Positions 13,475 to 25,927 of a stretch of DNA of 64,000 nt are shown here, piece by piece. The notes under the pieces are model-generated. The model ran no database searches and was not told where the DNA came from. It was given only the letters and a program-made list of their open reading frames with translations. Location of the stretch: assembly GCA_000320545.1 (NCBI GenBank), contig ADNK01000546.1:1-64000 (forward strand), read 5' to 3'. Source of the stretch: Bigelowiella natans CCMP2755. Its lineage: Eukaryota; Protista; Cercozoa. The position numbers and the translations under genes were made by a program. Position 1 is the stretch's first letter, and the number at the start of each line of letters is the position of its first letter.

Positions 13475-15170
13475 TCAACTGTAGAGTTTAGTAATGAAAC
13501 TTTTCCGTTTACCAAAGTCAAATATTACATTATTTTTTATTCCTCTATGCTGTATTTGATGAAGATCTATTGTGCTGTGAAAAGTGTGCACCTGGTCGTG
13601 AGATTGAAAAGCTAGTTCTTTTCCGAGTGGAAGCCCCATAAGATCTTTGATTTGAACCCCGATGGATATTATCAGCTCCTGATTATGATGATAGTAATCG
13701 GGACGACCACAACGACACCAACGATGATGAGGAAATGATAATCGCGGGTAACTTGCAAAGGCATAGCGAAGGCGAGGACGCTGCCTAAGAATTTTAAACA
13801 TCATTACCTCAAACTCCCTACTTGCATGCCTTATCCAGACCGATATTCTCCGTAAATTTCTTTTATTATTTAGTACAACCCTAAAATGAGAGAAAGAGAG
13901 CCAGAGTGGAGATGATGAATGTGATGATAAGATCGGAAGAGAGATACCAAGAGAAAGGGCACCAGAGATATGAGGCATTGCAACTTTACCCGCAAATTTC
14001 CCCGTAGTCGTCGAAATCGCCAGAAACTAGAGCTGAGAGTAAGCTTTCCCAGTAGAAATCGACTGCACTTTCGTCTACGTACCGTTGAAAGGAGCTTAGC
14101 TACTACGTACCATATTAATTAAATTAGCACCTAGATTTTCGAACTCCTTGGAGCCCAGAGTAACAGTCCATCTGCCGCCCATTGCATTTGCAGGATCTTC
14201 CCATGCTGGGGTGATTCCCTACTTATGATGACGGGGGTGATAGTTTAGCCTCATATCAAGTAATCAGGTGCGTGCCCATATTTTTTTGTGCGCTCATACC
14301 TCTTTAAAAAAGTAAAGATCGCAACCTTCTGCCAAACTGCTGGGTGGCTGCAGGGAAGAGGGGAATAGGAGGAGAGGCCACAAAATTATTTACCACGGCT
14401 GGGTAGCTTAGAACATACTTGGTAATAAGTGATAAGATCTGAATCTCCAAGTCTCAAGGTTGCTAGGAGCCTACCTTCATAGCATGGAGGTAGAACGAAA
14501 ACGTTGGTTTCTGTTGGTGTGATTGGACATATGTGATTAAAACGCAATGATGCAATTAAGCTGTGCAACGACGAAAAAATCCGGACTCTATTTTGTTGTA
14601 TAAACATATTTTTAATTCGGTGTTAAATCAGTGTTAGGTGTGCATACATCTGAACATGTCCACAGGTTGTCGAAAAGATCCTCCCAGTTGCTAGTCCTAG
14701 TGTCCTAATTTACAAATGGATTTAAGCCGGTCAATTCAATTCTGCAGTAAATGTATATATTGCCATCGCTACACTGTCAGCGTTAACGACACCTTTGAGA
14801 ATCCCCAGCATGTCCATCTGTACTGCAAGGTGTCACCCTCCCATTCGGTCTACAGAGAAAAACATACCCAGGCATGATTACAAAAAAGAAGACAGACATC
14901 CAGTTTGATTCAGAACGGAAAATATATCTTCAAACAGTCACACCTCGGGGTTCTCTTTTACAATGTGAATCATGTGGCCCTTCGTTTCCTTCTTTTCATC
15001 TGCAGAAGCTCTCGCTTCCAACCTTCTCTTTCCTCCTTTTAAGCGGCCCAATCGCGAGATAAGGAAATTTCTCGGTCGTCTCTTAAAATTTAAACCTTTT
15101 ATCAGTCACGGTCGATAAATACATGAAAATAGAAGCCTAAATTAACCTTTTGGAAATCCATCTTCGCCAT
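13475..15170 (-). CDS. eIF4E: Eukaryotic translation initiation factor 4E family protein
   Basis: Exons encode TLQYRWTCWGFSK, SNWEDL, PPSSLAEGCDLYF, GITPAWEDPANAMGGRWTV, RISVWIR and IGVQIKDLMGLP...FQSH, which match the eIF4E Trp pattern. Confidence 0.85.
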
Positions 15171-15979
15171 CTCTTGCAGCGAAAGTAATCGCTTAGGGTT
15201 TACGTTCAAGGTTTCTGAATCGTAAATCTAAAATTTAACTTGTTGGCTTCGACTGATCAGTGTATAGACAATGTACCATGTCTTGATTCATGATCACGAA
15301 ACTGAGGCAGTCCCATAATTTCATTGGTCATAAGCTGCCCTTTGAGTTTCATGCAGTCTTCAGGCTGAGTCAAAGCAGGTTCCAGATTAGACCCTGCAGC
15401 CAATACTGCAGCCACGGTTAGCCATGGAAGTTGCCATTCTGGCATCTAAAGTTCTCGAGAGAACGAGCTTGGCTCGAGTCGAGGAGCTCGACACAGCGAG
15501 AGCGAAAAGCAAGGGCTTGCTAGTGGTTGCTCCATGGAGGCTTCCTATGTTTCAATTTTCTGGGAGATCTTTCCGTCAATTCCCCTCCACCTAAGATGTC
15601 TCCCGGATGAAAAGCCGGGACTTTTATCATGTATGGAAAAATGAGATAACCACTTGTCGCTACTTGGGAATGGGTTCTAATTATGAAAGTCGACGCAAAT
15701 CGAACGGACGTCTTCAAAAGCAAACAGCTTCCCTCCATACGCCTCACCCAGCACCACAGCTTTGATTTCCGACAAAATAAAGTTAGGCCGAAATTCAGAG
15801 GGAAGGTCTGTCCTCTCAAAGGAATTTGGAAATGAAGGAGATTTCGGATCAATTTCGCACCTCTATCGAGTATGTCCTTTTGAATGCACATTAAAAGATA
15901 TAAAAAACCTAACGGCTTCGCGCCAAACCTAAAAAGCCAAGCACCGCCACACATCTCATCTGTCCCGATCAACAGCATA

Positions 15980-16508
15980 ATGCCTAACGCTCAAGCCCCC
16001 ACCCTCCTCGACTCACTTGGCCCTGAACTACTTGACTGGGCAGGAAACAAGTCGACTGTGTCCACAAAAGAAGGTGAGATACTGTTTCATAATAGTTTGG
16101 CACATTGATTAAGCTGTGAACTTTGACTTGATTTTCTCAGTTCTCGAGAAGAACTCTGTGGTTGGCATCTACTATTCTGCAAGCTGGTGTGCACCATGCA
16201 GAAAATTCACCCCACTTCTATCAGCAGTGCATGAGAAGAAAAAAGCATTGAAGAAAGGGTTCGAGGTAATCTTCGTTTGCTGGGACAAGGGCGTGAACGG
16301 ATGGAGTAAAGAACAAAAGTACTACCACAAGATGCCCTTCAAGGCTATTCCGTTCGAGAACGTGAATAAGGCAAAGAAGGCTCTGTCTAGTTTTCTTCCC
16401 ACACCTAAAGGCATTCCAGCTTTGCATCTCGTCGACACGGCCACTGGCGAACTACTTGATGCGAATGGGCGCCAAGCTGTCACAGCAGAGGTTGCCCTCC
16501 ACGCATAA
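15980..16508 (+). CDS. Nucleoredoxin/tryparedoxin-like thioredoxin (WCAPC)
   Basis: Exons 15980-16073 and 16141-16508; VVGIYYSASWCAPCRKFTPLL...FEVIFV...GIPALHLVD. Confidence 0.9.
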
Positions 16509-16642
16509 CGACTTCCACTCACGTACTCTCTGGACAACTCGAAATTAATGTAAATGGTAAATAGGTTGAGGAACTCGGAATTGAGCTCAATGATCTAGTT
16601 CGGTGGGGATATCCAACTCAGGAGCCCAGCGCGGCCAAGCCC

Positions 16643-17982
16643 ATGCCTAAAGTAAACTTTAAATATATATATAACTTTAAATATATAAAACAATCGCAAA
16701 ATAGGCTACGATCAGCGGATCTTGATTTGACAATTACCACATTTAGGAGTCTGCTGCAACCGAGAAAGAGGAAGAAGGTGCTCCTTCAAAGAAAGTCGAT
16801 ACTAAGAGTAACACTAAAAGTAACGAGCCTCTGCTGAAGGAAAATCCAGATCGCTTCGTTCTGTTCCCTATTCAATACCACGAGGTGTGGAAAATGTACA
16901 AGAAGCATGAAGCTTCCTTTTGGACGGCTGAGGAAATCGGTGAGCATATTCACAAATATAAATGTGGTCATAAATACCCAACAGGGTGGTAACAATGTAC
17001 ATTTTTTTCCAGATTTATCCCACGACCAAAAGGACTGGGACAAAATGAAAACCGAAGAACAACACTTTATCAAGATGATTCTGGCTTTCTTTGCCGCATC
17101 TGATGGTATCGTTCTCGAGAACTTGGCCACCAGATTCATGAATGAAGTGCAAATTCCCGAAGCTCGTTGTTTCTATGGATTTCAGTTGGCGATGGGTAGA
17201 TGACAAAAATATTTACTACACAACATCGCAACTGAGTTTGTTATTTGTTACCCACAGAGAACATTCATTCCGAAACCTACAGCCTTCTGATAGACACCTA
17301 CATTAAAGACACCAACGAGAAGACCAAACTGTTTCATGCAACTGAAAACGTACCATGTGTCACAAAGAAAGCCGACTGGGCACTCCAGTGGATCACTAGC
17401 AACGATAAGTTCGCTGAACGCCTGGTAGCCTTTGCAGCAGTGGAAGGAATCTTCTTCTCCGGAAGCTTCTGCGCGATCTTCTGGCTCAAGAAGAGAGGAC
17501 TCATGCCTGGACTCACTTTCTCGAACGAATTGATCAGTCGAGACGAAGGCCTTCATTGTGACTTTGCTTGCTTACTGTACTCGATGTTGAACGAGAAATT
17601 GGACCAGAAGACAATTCACGATATCGTTGGAAACGCTGTCAAGATCGAAAAGGAATTTATCTGCGATGCTCTTCCATGCTCTCTGATTGGAATGAACGCT
17701 AAAATGATGTCTCAGTATATTGAATTCTGCGCTGATAGACTTATAGTAGCTTTGGGATACGAGAAACTATACAATGCCGCCAATCCTTTCGACTGGATGG
17801 AAATGATATCTCTCCAGGGAAAAACAAACTTCTTCGGTAATAATTTTTCAACTATCTTTCTGAATATTTTCTGAGCTTATTTTTCCTCAGAAAAACGAGT
17901 TGGAGAGTACCAAAAGTCTGGAGTCATGTCCTCAACGCAAAACGAGGATCACCACGCGTTCACCCTCGACGCAGACTTTTAA
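16643..17982 (+). CDS. RRM2: Ribonucleotide reductase class Ia small subunit (R2)
   Basis: [16 protein letters not shown]...[63 protein letters not shown]-terminal FTLDADF; four short introns. Confidence 0.97.
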
Positions 17983-18119
17983 TTGTACCAGTAGAAAGCT
18001 CTGATAGCCCCTTGGTTGCATACTTTAGTAGATGCACGCAATGCTGAGTGGAATCCTGATTCATTCACAGCAGTAGCCTGTATTTGAAATTATAGAATTT
18101 ATTACATTAAACATTTTAT

Positions 18120-19270
18120 GACTGCCACACGCAAGCTAACAGACCATGCCTCGAAGATAGTTAGGCATATGTGTGTGGACGTGAAAATGCATGGCTTCAC
18201 AAACAACAGCACTTTTTCGTCGCCCAAACACGAATCATCTAGATCTTTGCACCGCTAGACCGGATCAGGTCGCGTAGCTAGACTAGGACACAGCTAGACA
18301 GGTGCATCTCTAACTAGATCTAGCATGACACACGTTCGTCAAAAATGCCTAGCAAGACCAATAATTGCTAGCATGCATCGTACCTAGCACGCTAGCACGC
18401 ATGACGCATGACTCAAATTGTTCAATGTAGCAATCGATGCGCACGCTAGGGCCAAATCTAGAAATCTGCTACTCACAGCTCGGTCAAACCTGTGTAACAA
18501 ATTTTGTGCATGAGCAAGCGCGAGCTTTTGAAAGCGATTTGAAGCTTCGCAGCGCGCAGATAAGTCTAGCAGCATGCAGTGCGTGAGAAAGTGAGACGTG
18601 TTCGCACGCTGCACAGCTGGGATTTTTCGTGTGCGATGCGTGCAGTTAGCGCTAGAGCGTGTGCGCTGTGCGCTCGCGCTTGTGCTTGCGCATTCCATGA
18701 TTCAAAACACTGCTTCTCCAAAAATTGCATTTTGACGCTCGGCCGCAAGCTGCAGATGTGTTCTGCAACATCACATTGCGCACAACTCGCCTTTTGCGCT
18801 GCAGCCGCAAGTGTCACCGGGTTCAACCGAGTTGTGCTAGCTAGCTAGGTCATCCAGTGCTGCTAGCTAGCTCCAGAGCTGCGCATGGTAGCCGCTGCCA
18901 CGATGAACACACACTGGACATCTGTCAATGGACACAGGAATGCCACATGCACAACATGCGTGGACAACAGGAACACCACGTGTGCAACAATTGGTGTGCA
19001 ATGTGCACATGGAATTCCAATGAAACAATGCAACAATGAAACAATGATGATGAACTACATTGCATGCATCTGTGATTCCATGAGGATTGAACAATGAACA
19101 ATGAACAATGATGACGAACTACATTTCCAAAATGTTGCAAGACATTTGCAGTGTTCGAAATGCAGTGCCTCGAACTGGCTTCAGTGAGGACTGTGACTAG
19201 CAAATCAACTAGCTGGTTTTTCAAATTGGCATGGTTTAGTCATTGTGTTGCAATGACACTAGCGGCAAAA
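18120..19270. other. CTAG-rich island followed by a TpA/CpG-depleted, CA/TG-rich relic with AACAATG repeats
   Basis: Many ctag and gctagc words over 18180-18880. Only two TpA were seen in ~300 bp at 18891-19197. A (AACAATG)n...GAACTACAT motif is present. Confidence 0.6.
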
Positions 19271-19720
19271 TGCTGACGGCGCAAGACCTCCACTCTGAGC
19301 AAAAACTTCCTGAAGGCCATGTCCACACGACTATCTACGTTTGGATCATCCGAGGGGGCCCCCAGCAAAACTTTGGTTTTGGCAGAGTCCGGAGCAGGAT
19401 TTCCAGGATGGATTTCCAGGATTTCCTCACCTAAATGCGGATGGTCGGAGAATCTATGCAATTAAATTTGGACAGCTTTTAATGCAGCCTTTAACAGCTA
19501 TGCGATGATGGAACATGCAAAACCCCAACATGACTTTTTAGTTCAAAAAAATGCAGTGTGTATTACATTTTATGCCGATTATATCATAGGAATATTGTCT
19601 ATTTAAAAAGTATATGAACATCGGACAGAACCTAGGGAAGAAAGAAAGAAAGAAATCGATCGAGAGACCAACAACCCCCAATAGAAAGAAACACAGCCTT
19701 TTGATGTGTCCTTGAAAACA

Positions 19721-20785
19721 ATGAGTCGGTTTGAACATGGATACGGAAAGGCTTCTGGGGGAGGGGGAAGAGGAGGAGGAGGAGGAGGAGGAGGAGGTAT
19801 AGTATCCTACAAGGACAATAACATTCGTAACATGGTTGGGATTGAATGCGACGTTCGAGAGCAGGTTTGCTTACAGCGTTCTCAAGGTTTCATTTCTTTA
19901 GGAAAGAGGGCCGGAGGCAAAGGGAAAAAATTCAACAAATATACTACTGGTCTCAAATTTGTGAAAAAGGTAACGATTTCGAGTTCCAATGAGGAGACGG
20001 AGGAGTTTATGTTTGTGGCTTCTGATTCAAATGCTTGCGACAGGTTCCAAAGTTTCTGCAGAAGATGCTTCAGCCTTCGGTAAAAAGAGAGATAAATTTG
20101 TGATGGTAAATTAAAATTATTATACCTGGCTATAGGCTGAAGAGCAAAGGAAGACCGCGATGAAAGAAGCTATGAAAGCACAGTTCCGTGATCTCCAAGA
20201 TGACGAAATGCCGGTCAACATAGTAACTTGCAGCAAGAAACCAGTGTTTCTAATATTTTTATATGCAGGTGATTACCAACTTAGAAGAATTTGCTCATGC
20301 TAGTGAAGAGATCAAAGCTTTGATAAGGAAGGAGCACATGGGTTATTACTTAAATTGCCACTGCGTCTCATCTTCACTTAGATAGCATGTGTGTAAACTA
20401 TTAGGAGAGGATACAAGAGGTGTTAATTTGCGAGCCGTTTCTTCAAGCAAAGGGGACGTCAAATCCAAATCGAAAACTAGGTCCTTCAGATTATTCTGTG
20501 GTAACATTCCTCATACTTGCATCTGATCAACAATGTTATGACCATAATGAAGTAAACGGGAGGAAGACAAAAAGGCAGACCAATATGAAAAGGAGACAGG
20601 AAAACCAGCCTTCCGCAGGAAGCGGAAGAAGGGGGTAATCAAATTAGCCTGAAATTTGAACTCATACATCTGATTCAAATTTATGATAGGAGGATACCAC
20701 AGCGACTGGCTCAAAGAAAAAGAAGAAGAAGAAAAAGAAAGCAAAAGCCAATTCTACCTTACTTTCATTTGATGAACCGGACTGA
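19721..20785 (+). CDS. DUF4604/KIAA1143-like protein
   Basis: Spliced GLKFVKK|VPKFLQKM, RDLQDDEMP|VI and C-terminal KKKKAKANSTLLSFDEPD* resemble the KIAA1143 family. Confidence 0.65.
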
Positions 20786-21039
20786 TGGCGTCGTTGTGCG
20801 GAATAGTTGTCCAGAATCTTGTTCGCAAATACACGATTTGTTCGTGTGAAATTCGGAAGAGATTAAATCAATATGTGTCCTTAGTCAGTATGTGCGTTCA
20901 AATGTTCAAATTCATATCTTTTGAGTCAAACGAATGAAAAATTAAACATTCTTGAACTAACAAAGTAAATCAATAATGCTACATAACTAAAAAGTACAGC
21001 GCGAGGAAAAAGGCCTAAACAACTCTGAGCATCAAATTC

Positions 21040-21640
21040 TTCGTGCATACACTGCTAGACTGCTCTAGTGCTCTAGTGCTGGCTCTAGAGCTAGCTAGTG
21101 CAGACTGCAAACAGCAGATGTAGTGGAGGCATGCTAGCATGCTAGCATGGCCGATAAGTGATGCAGCTCTAGAGCTACAACACGACGACAACGCTCATTC
21201 TAGCATTACTAGATTGTACACGCACGCGACAGCACTAGAGCACTGCTAGCTAGCTAGACTGAGCGGCTGCAATTCTGAAATGATAGACATGAAACGCTAG
21301 AACGTCTACATCTAGACATGATCGTCTCATAGTGAGCGTAGCGTAGCCAGCTAGCCAGCAAAGTAGCCGAGCTAGCGAGATTTACATCTCTAGAGCTAGC
21401 TAGCTAGAACGTCCAGATTGTGGAGGTGCTAGCTTGTAGCTAGCTAGCTAGGCTCTTGTAGGGTTTCAATCTAGCACTAGAGCAATGTACGCACATTTCA
21501 TGCAAGCTAGCATTCTAGCTAGATCATGTCACTAATTAGCTAGTTAGGCTAGTAGGTCTAGCTAGCTCTAGAGCTACATGAGCGTCATGCATGAATTCGT
21601 ATTCCAATGGTGAGCTGGTGCGTTCATTGTCTAGTTGTGC
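21040..21640. other. CTAG-rich intergenic island (convergent gene ends)
   Basis: Extreme density of ctag, gctagc and tctaga between the ends of DUF4604 (+) and the cyclin-Y gene (-). Confidence 0.75.
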
Positions 21641-21908
21641 GCTGTACTAGTATGCGTATACAGTGATCGCAACGAGCATCGCCTACACTCAATAAATTCG
21701 TTATTGTTCAGTAGATGTACCTATGTAGTCGCTAATTGGCTACATGTATCCTATCTTCATAGCAACAATGAGCTTCGCATTGTCGGGCGTCACCTCATGG
21801 ACAAGCACCTTACACTTGGAAAACAACCGTCTACATGGTCATATGTATGTGCCTCGAAACATTTTAACATTTTAACTATAGCATCATTTGCAATGAGTTA
21901 AATTCACA

Positions 21909-23941
21909 TTAATTGAAAATCGCAAGCGGAGAAGGCATTTTACAAGAGTCAAAAGTGGCTGCACGGCGCTTATTTCCAAAATTGATCGCTTTAAGACGCT
22001 TCAAAGCTATCGTTGATAAAGCTTCAAGCTCTTCAGCTCGAGTTTGGTTTAGTGGTGCAATCTGATAGAATAGAATTTTGATAAAGAAAACTTATTTTCA
22101 CTCTGTTTTTGTAAGAATGAGATATATTACCTGAATTTTGGCTTGCTGTTGGTGCTCACGAAGGAGAAAATATAGTTTTGTATACTCAGAAGTGGAAACA
22201 ACTACATTGAATCTAATCCCAGCCAAAAATAGTGCTTCCCATTCATTAATTTTTTTCTGATTTATTTGAGGCTTAAAAGTTTTTGCAAAATCACAATTCC
22301 ACATACTCTCATCGTCCGATACCTATATAAATTTTACTCTCAAGGTACTTCAAGGGGATATTAAAAAAAACATCCTACTTTTGAAGCTAAAAGTAGCGCT
22401 GCCAAAGTAATTGGTCTAACATTCAGTCTGGTGAGTGGAAGTCCACAGTCCACAATCCGTCGAATATATATGTATGATGTTATGATACAGTCGACCTGTT
22501 TTGTCGCAGAAATCATACATTGAAAAACTTGTTCATATAAATACTACCTCAAGTTGACAGTCATAAAATACGATATTGATAAACTCGGAGATACTCCTAC
22601 AGTAGAACATTGTGTTACATGATATGACATAAAAGATGCTCATATGATCTTACTCTTCGGTTGGTTCGTCTTCTTTTTCAACTTGGTTTTTGAAGCTTTT
22701 ATGATGAAATGATTTTTCATCCTCATCAAATTTTGAGACATATTTTGATCCTTTGCTCACCAAAGAGCAAATAAGCAAAGCTATACTGAGGAAACCACAA
22801 CAATTAATGGAATTGCTTTGAATTAGTCTACAGAGGTCACAAGGTATCGCGAGTTTAGTTATCGTATGACATCAAACTTCAGAACCTTCGTATCGATGCT
22901 TTAATATTAGGCTTTGAGATCGTGCTGTCGACTGTCATCATTGTAGTTGTTGAATCATATTTATATACTCTTTTCCCACCCCTGTGGCTGCAATGAAATA
23001 GGTTATAATTCTAAGGCTAACAATAGCAGAGTCAAAATTCTTTACATCGTTCTCGATTTTGAGTCTTTTTCGCTTGAATTTATTACAAATAAGACCTCGC
23101 CATTCGTCCGGCTGCTGTTCATATTCATCGTCCTTAGCTATGATTACTATGATTACACTCAACGTAAATATATGGGGCTTACTTTGATTTGCGGCTCTGG
23201 ACTGGGCCGACAGTGTTAGATTGGCATGTTATTTTAATAGGCGCACGTGGAACTGCTTTCATTGTTTGAGACAATTCAGAGCACCCTCTGAAAAAATGAA
23301 CAGAGCACCAGTATGACAATGAAAAAGAAAATTCATTTTCCATTCTTGAGGATTTGAGTTAGATAAATATGATTAATGATTATGGTATTTAGCAGTAGCA
23401 CTTATCAATAATCTCCTGATCTTCTTTCAATTGCACATTGTTCGTAGCATTGAAGGCAATTAAAACTTTTTCGTCGTGTTCGTCAATGCTGGTTTCTTTC
23501 CCAGAAGACTTAAGATGATTAAGAAACTTTATGATGAATCAGCTTTCATTGATTAAAGGTTTATGCTGCGATCTACCGCTTTCAGCTTTCCTTTTGGACT
23601 TGAAGCGGAAACTGTGTACGAGCCTGGAAAATACCTGAATAAGCATTCCACTTATCAACAATTTATTTTCGTCAAAACCCAATAAACAATTACCCGGTCA
23701 AACCTACGTTACTTTTTTGAGTGCAGATTACTTTTCCCTTCCACCACCCTGAATCCTCTTTTGAGATGATCTATCGTGTTACACACTTTTTGTTATCCAC
23801 TTGGAAAAACATCAAAGATCGAAGATGATGCTTTGTGTGTATAGCTACCAGGAGGATGTCCCCAACTTCAAGCGGTATCTCAGAACCAGTTTGTGGGACG
23901 AACTTGTGCTTCGCCCTCGCATAGGCTCGGTCCGACGCCAT
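21909..23941 (-). CDS. CCNY: Cyclin-Y-like protein with an N-terminal SH3 domain
   Basis: N-terminal SH3: YARAKHKFVPQTGSEIPLEVGDILL|IISKEDSGWWKGK...GYFPGSYT. Cyclin-Y motifs: DSTISKPNIKASIRSIALLI, VDCIITSYIYIRRI...RPITLAALLLASK|VSDDESMWNCDF...INEWEALFLAGIRFNVVVSTSEYTKLYFLLR, PLNQTRAEELEALS. The linker exons are not fully resolved. Confidence 0.75.
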
Positions 23942-24440
23942 GAATTTTGTTTTTTAACGTACGTATTCCTAGCGGACTCCGAGCGTACTCACATTGTGTT
24001 GTTGTGTGAGTACGAAACCACCTTGAAATGTATGGGGATTTCCTCCTGCGACAACTAAGAAACTAAGAAGCATGTGCTGCACTGTGCACTACATCCAAGT
24101 TTGTGACGTCGCCCAGAAGGGTGAAGAACGATTTTGGAAAGCTGCGGGACGCATTTAACCGAGTAATTTGAATTTCCCCACAAATATGGTATGTCGCAAG
24201 ATGATAACTAAGGGATTTTTGTACTCGGATCTTGGAAATCACCAGAGTTTCATGACTTACGGTGCAGGATTTTTGTAAGGAGCAAGCCAGCACCAACCAA
24301 GCCTGCATTTATTAGGCATTCGCATCATCACATACATCCCCCCCCAAAGGAAGGTCTGTAAGCTACAGAGGTGTGGCACTTGCAGCTTGCAACAGGCCTA
24401 ACCACCTTCTTTTGCGTGATTAGAGTAGAATTAAATGATC

Positions 24441-25069
24441 ATGCAAGAATCAAAGGAGGTTAAATCTGAGGTAATTTGAAATTCTCAACTGAGAAAAGAA
24501 TTTGGAGTGCGAATTCATGATGTGCGCTACACACAATAGGTGAAACTTGACGTGGTATCAACACAGGTAAAAATTAACAGGCTTTATTTGCATCGAATAA
24601 TAATTCATCCTATTTAGCCTGCGCGAGATAGTGTTGGCGGGAAAGGTGCAGAAGAAAAGGTGGTTGATACATTGAGTTTGAAATTGAGCACAAATAAACA
24701 TTGCATTTACAACAGGATGTCGAAGATCCGCTGCAAGTAACTATTGTACTCGTTCTCATTTGCATGATTATAAACCACAATATTTATATTAGGAAGAGCC
24801 GTGGTACTGCTATCGTTCAGAAAGTGGTGTGCTCATGTTCTCTGGGCTTACTTGCGGTGAATGGGGTAACATCTCAAATTCTCTTTTCTTGAGAGGGAGT
24901 CATCTTTACACATATTAATAGGATGGATTACATTGGCTTTTCTAATCGGATACGCACTCTTAACGGCAATATTGGCTGGATTTCTTGCTGCAGAATTCAT
25001 TCACGGCCTTGCGTATGTTTTTGCATTCCCACCAACCACGTTATAGTTTGGTGGTATTTGTCGCAAATC

Positions 25070-25110
<41 letters not shown>

Positions 25111-25443
25111 GCGTGTTTGTTTGGTGCATTTGTGAGTTTGTGATCATGATCAATGACATACGACAATACGACAATCGCTCATCATTATGAATACATACAA
25201 TGTCTTAATCTAGCACTCTGTGGGCATTCTTCGGAATTTTTGTGGTTTTCGTCATCATAGTGGCAGGCATCGTCCTACTTGGAGAATGTGAGTGCATAGT
25301 CTAAGATTTACTGCGAGTTATATGATTGCAATTTACTTTCTCGTTTAACTGTCTTACCGTTAGTTCATCGTTGGCAAGATCGGTCTGCTGAAGTAGAGGA
25401 ATCAAAAAAGAAAGCAATGGGAGAAATCATCAAGCATCACTGA
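24441..25443 (+). CDS. Small multi-exon protein with two predicted transmembrane helices
   Basis: Phase-consistent exons MQESKEVKSE|PARDSVGGKGAEEK|DVEDPLQ|EEPWYCY...GEW|GWITLAFLIGYALLTAILAGFLA...|TLWAFFGIFVVFVIIVAGIVLLGE|...KHH*. Confidence 0.6.
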
Positions 25444-25499
25444 GTTAATTCCAAAAGAATATTATGATATATATTGCACTCGGACCAATAATTTAAAGA

Positions 25500-25920
25500 T
25501 GTAGATCACTGCTCGTACACACGTAGCTAGATAGGGACATGTCTACATGTTCTAGTGTTCGCGTGCAGGCTGCGCCGGTACCTGGAAAGAATTCATCACA
25601 TGTGATTAGCGAATCTAGCAAACAAGCGTACATTTTATGCATCAGCGCATATTTATATATTTGTCATTCCGATGTGAATGCCGCACACCATGCTAGCATG
25701 AAGCCTGGTAGCCTGCTAGATAGCTTAGCTAGAGCTAGCCGCAGCTAGGCAGCCTGCGCTGACTGATGTGGCGATGAGAATCACTAGTGTATGCTAGCAA
25801 GGCAGGCTATCTAGCTATGCTAGTGTATTGTGTTGAGCGCATGCTAAGTATTGCGATGTTTAGATCTCTAGATGTAAACATCTAGACATAACTAGATAGC
25901 TAGATAGCCAGATTTCTGGA
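25500..25920. other. CTAG-rich intergenic island (convergent gene ends)
   Basis: gctagc and tctaga clusters fill the gap between two stop codons (25443 + and 25928 -). Confidence 0.7.
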
Positions 25921-25927
25921 TATGACA

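Noticed and set aside
15257-15978. ORFs between eIF4E and nucleoredoxin
   Set aside because: No motif or convincing splice pattern; probably a divergent promoter or UTR region.
23801-24308. Plus-strand ORF 23801-24058 and neighbouring ORFs
   Set aside because: Antisense to, or just upstream of, the first SH3 exon, which has clear domain support.
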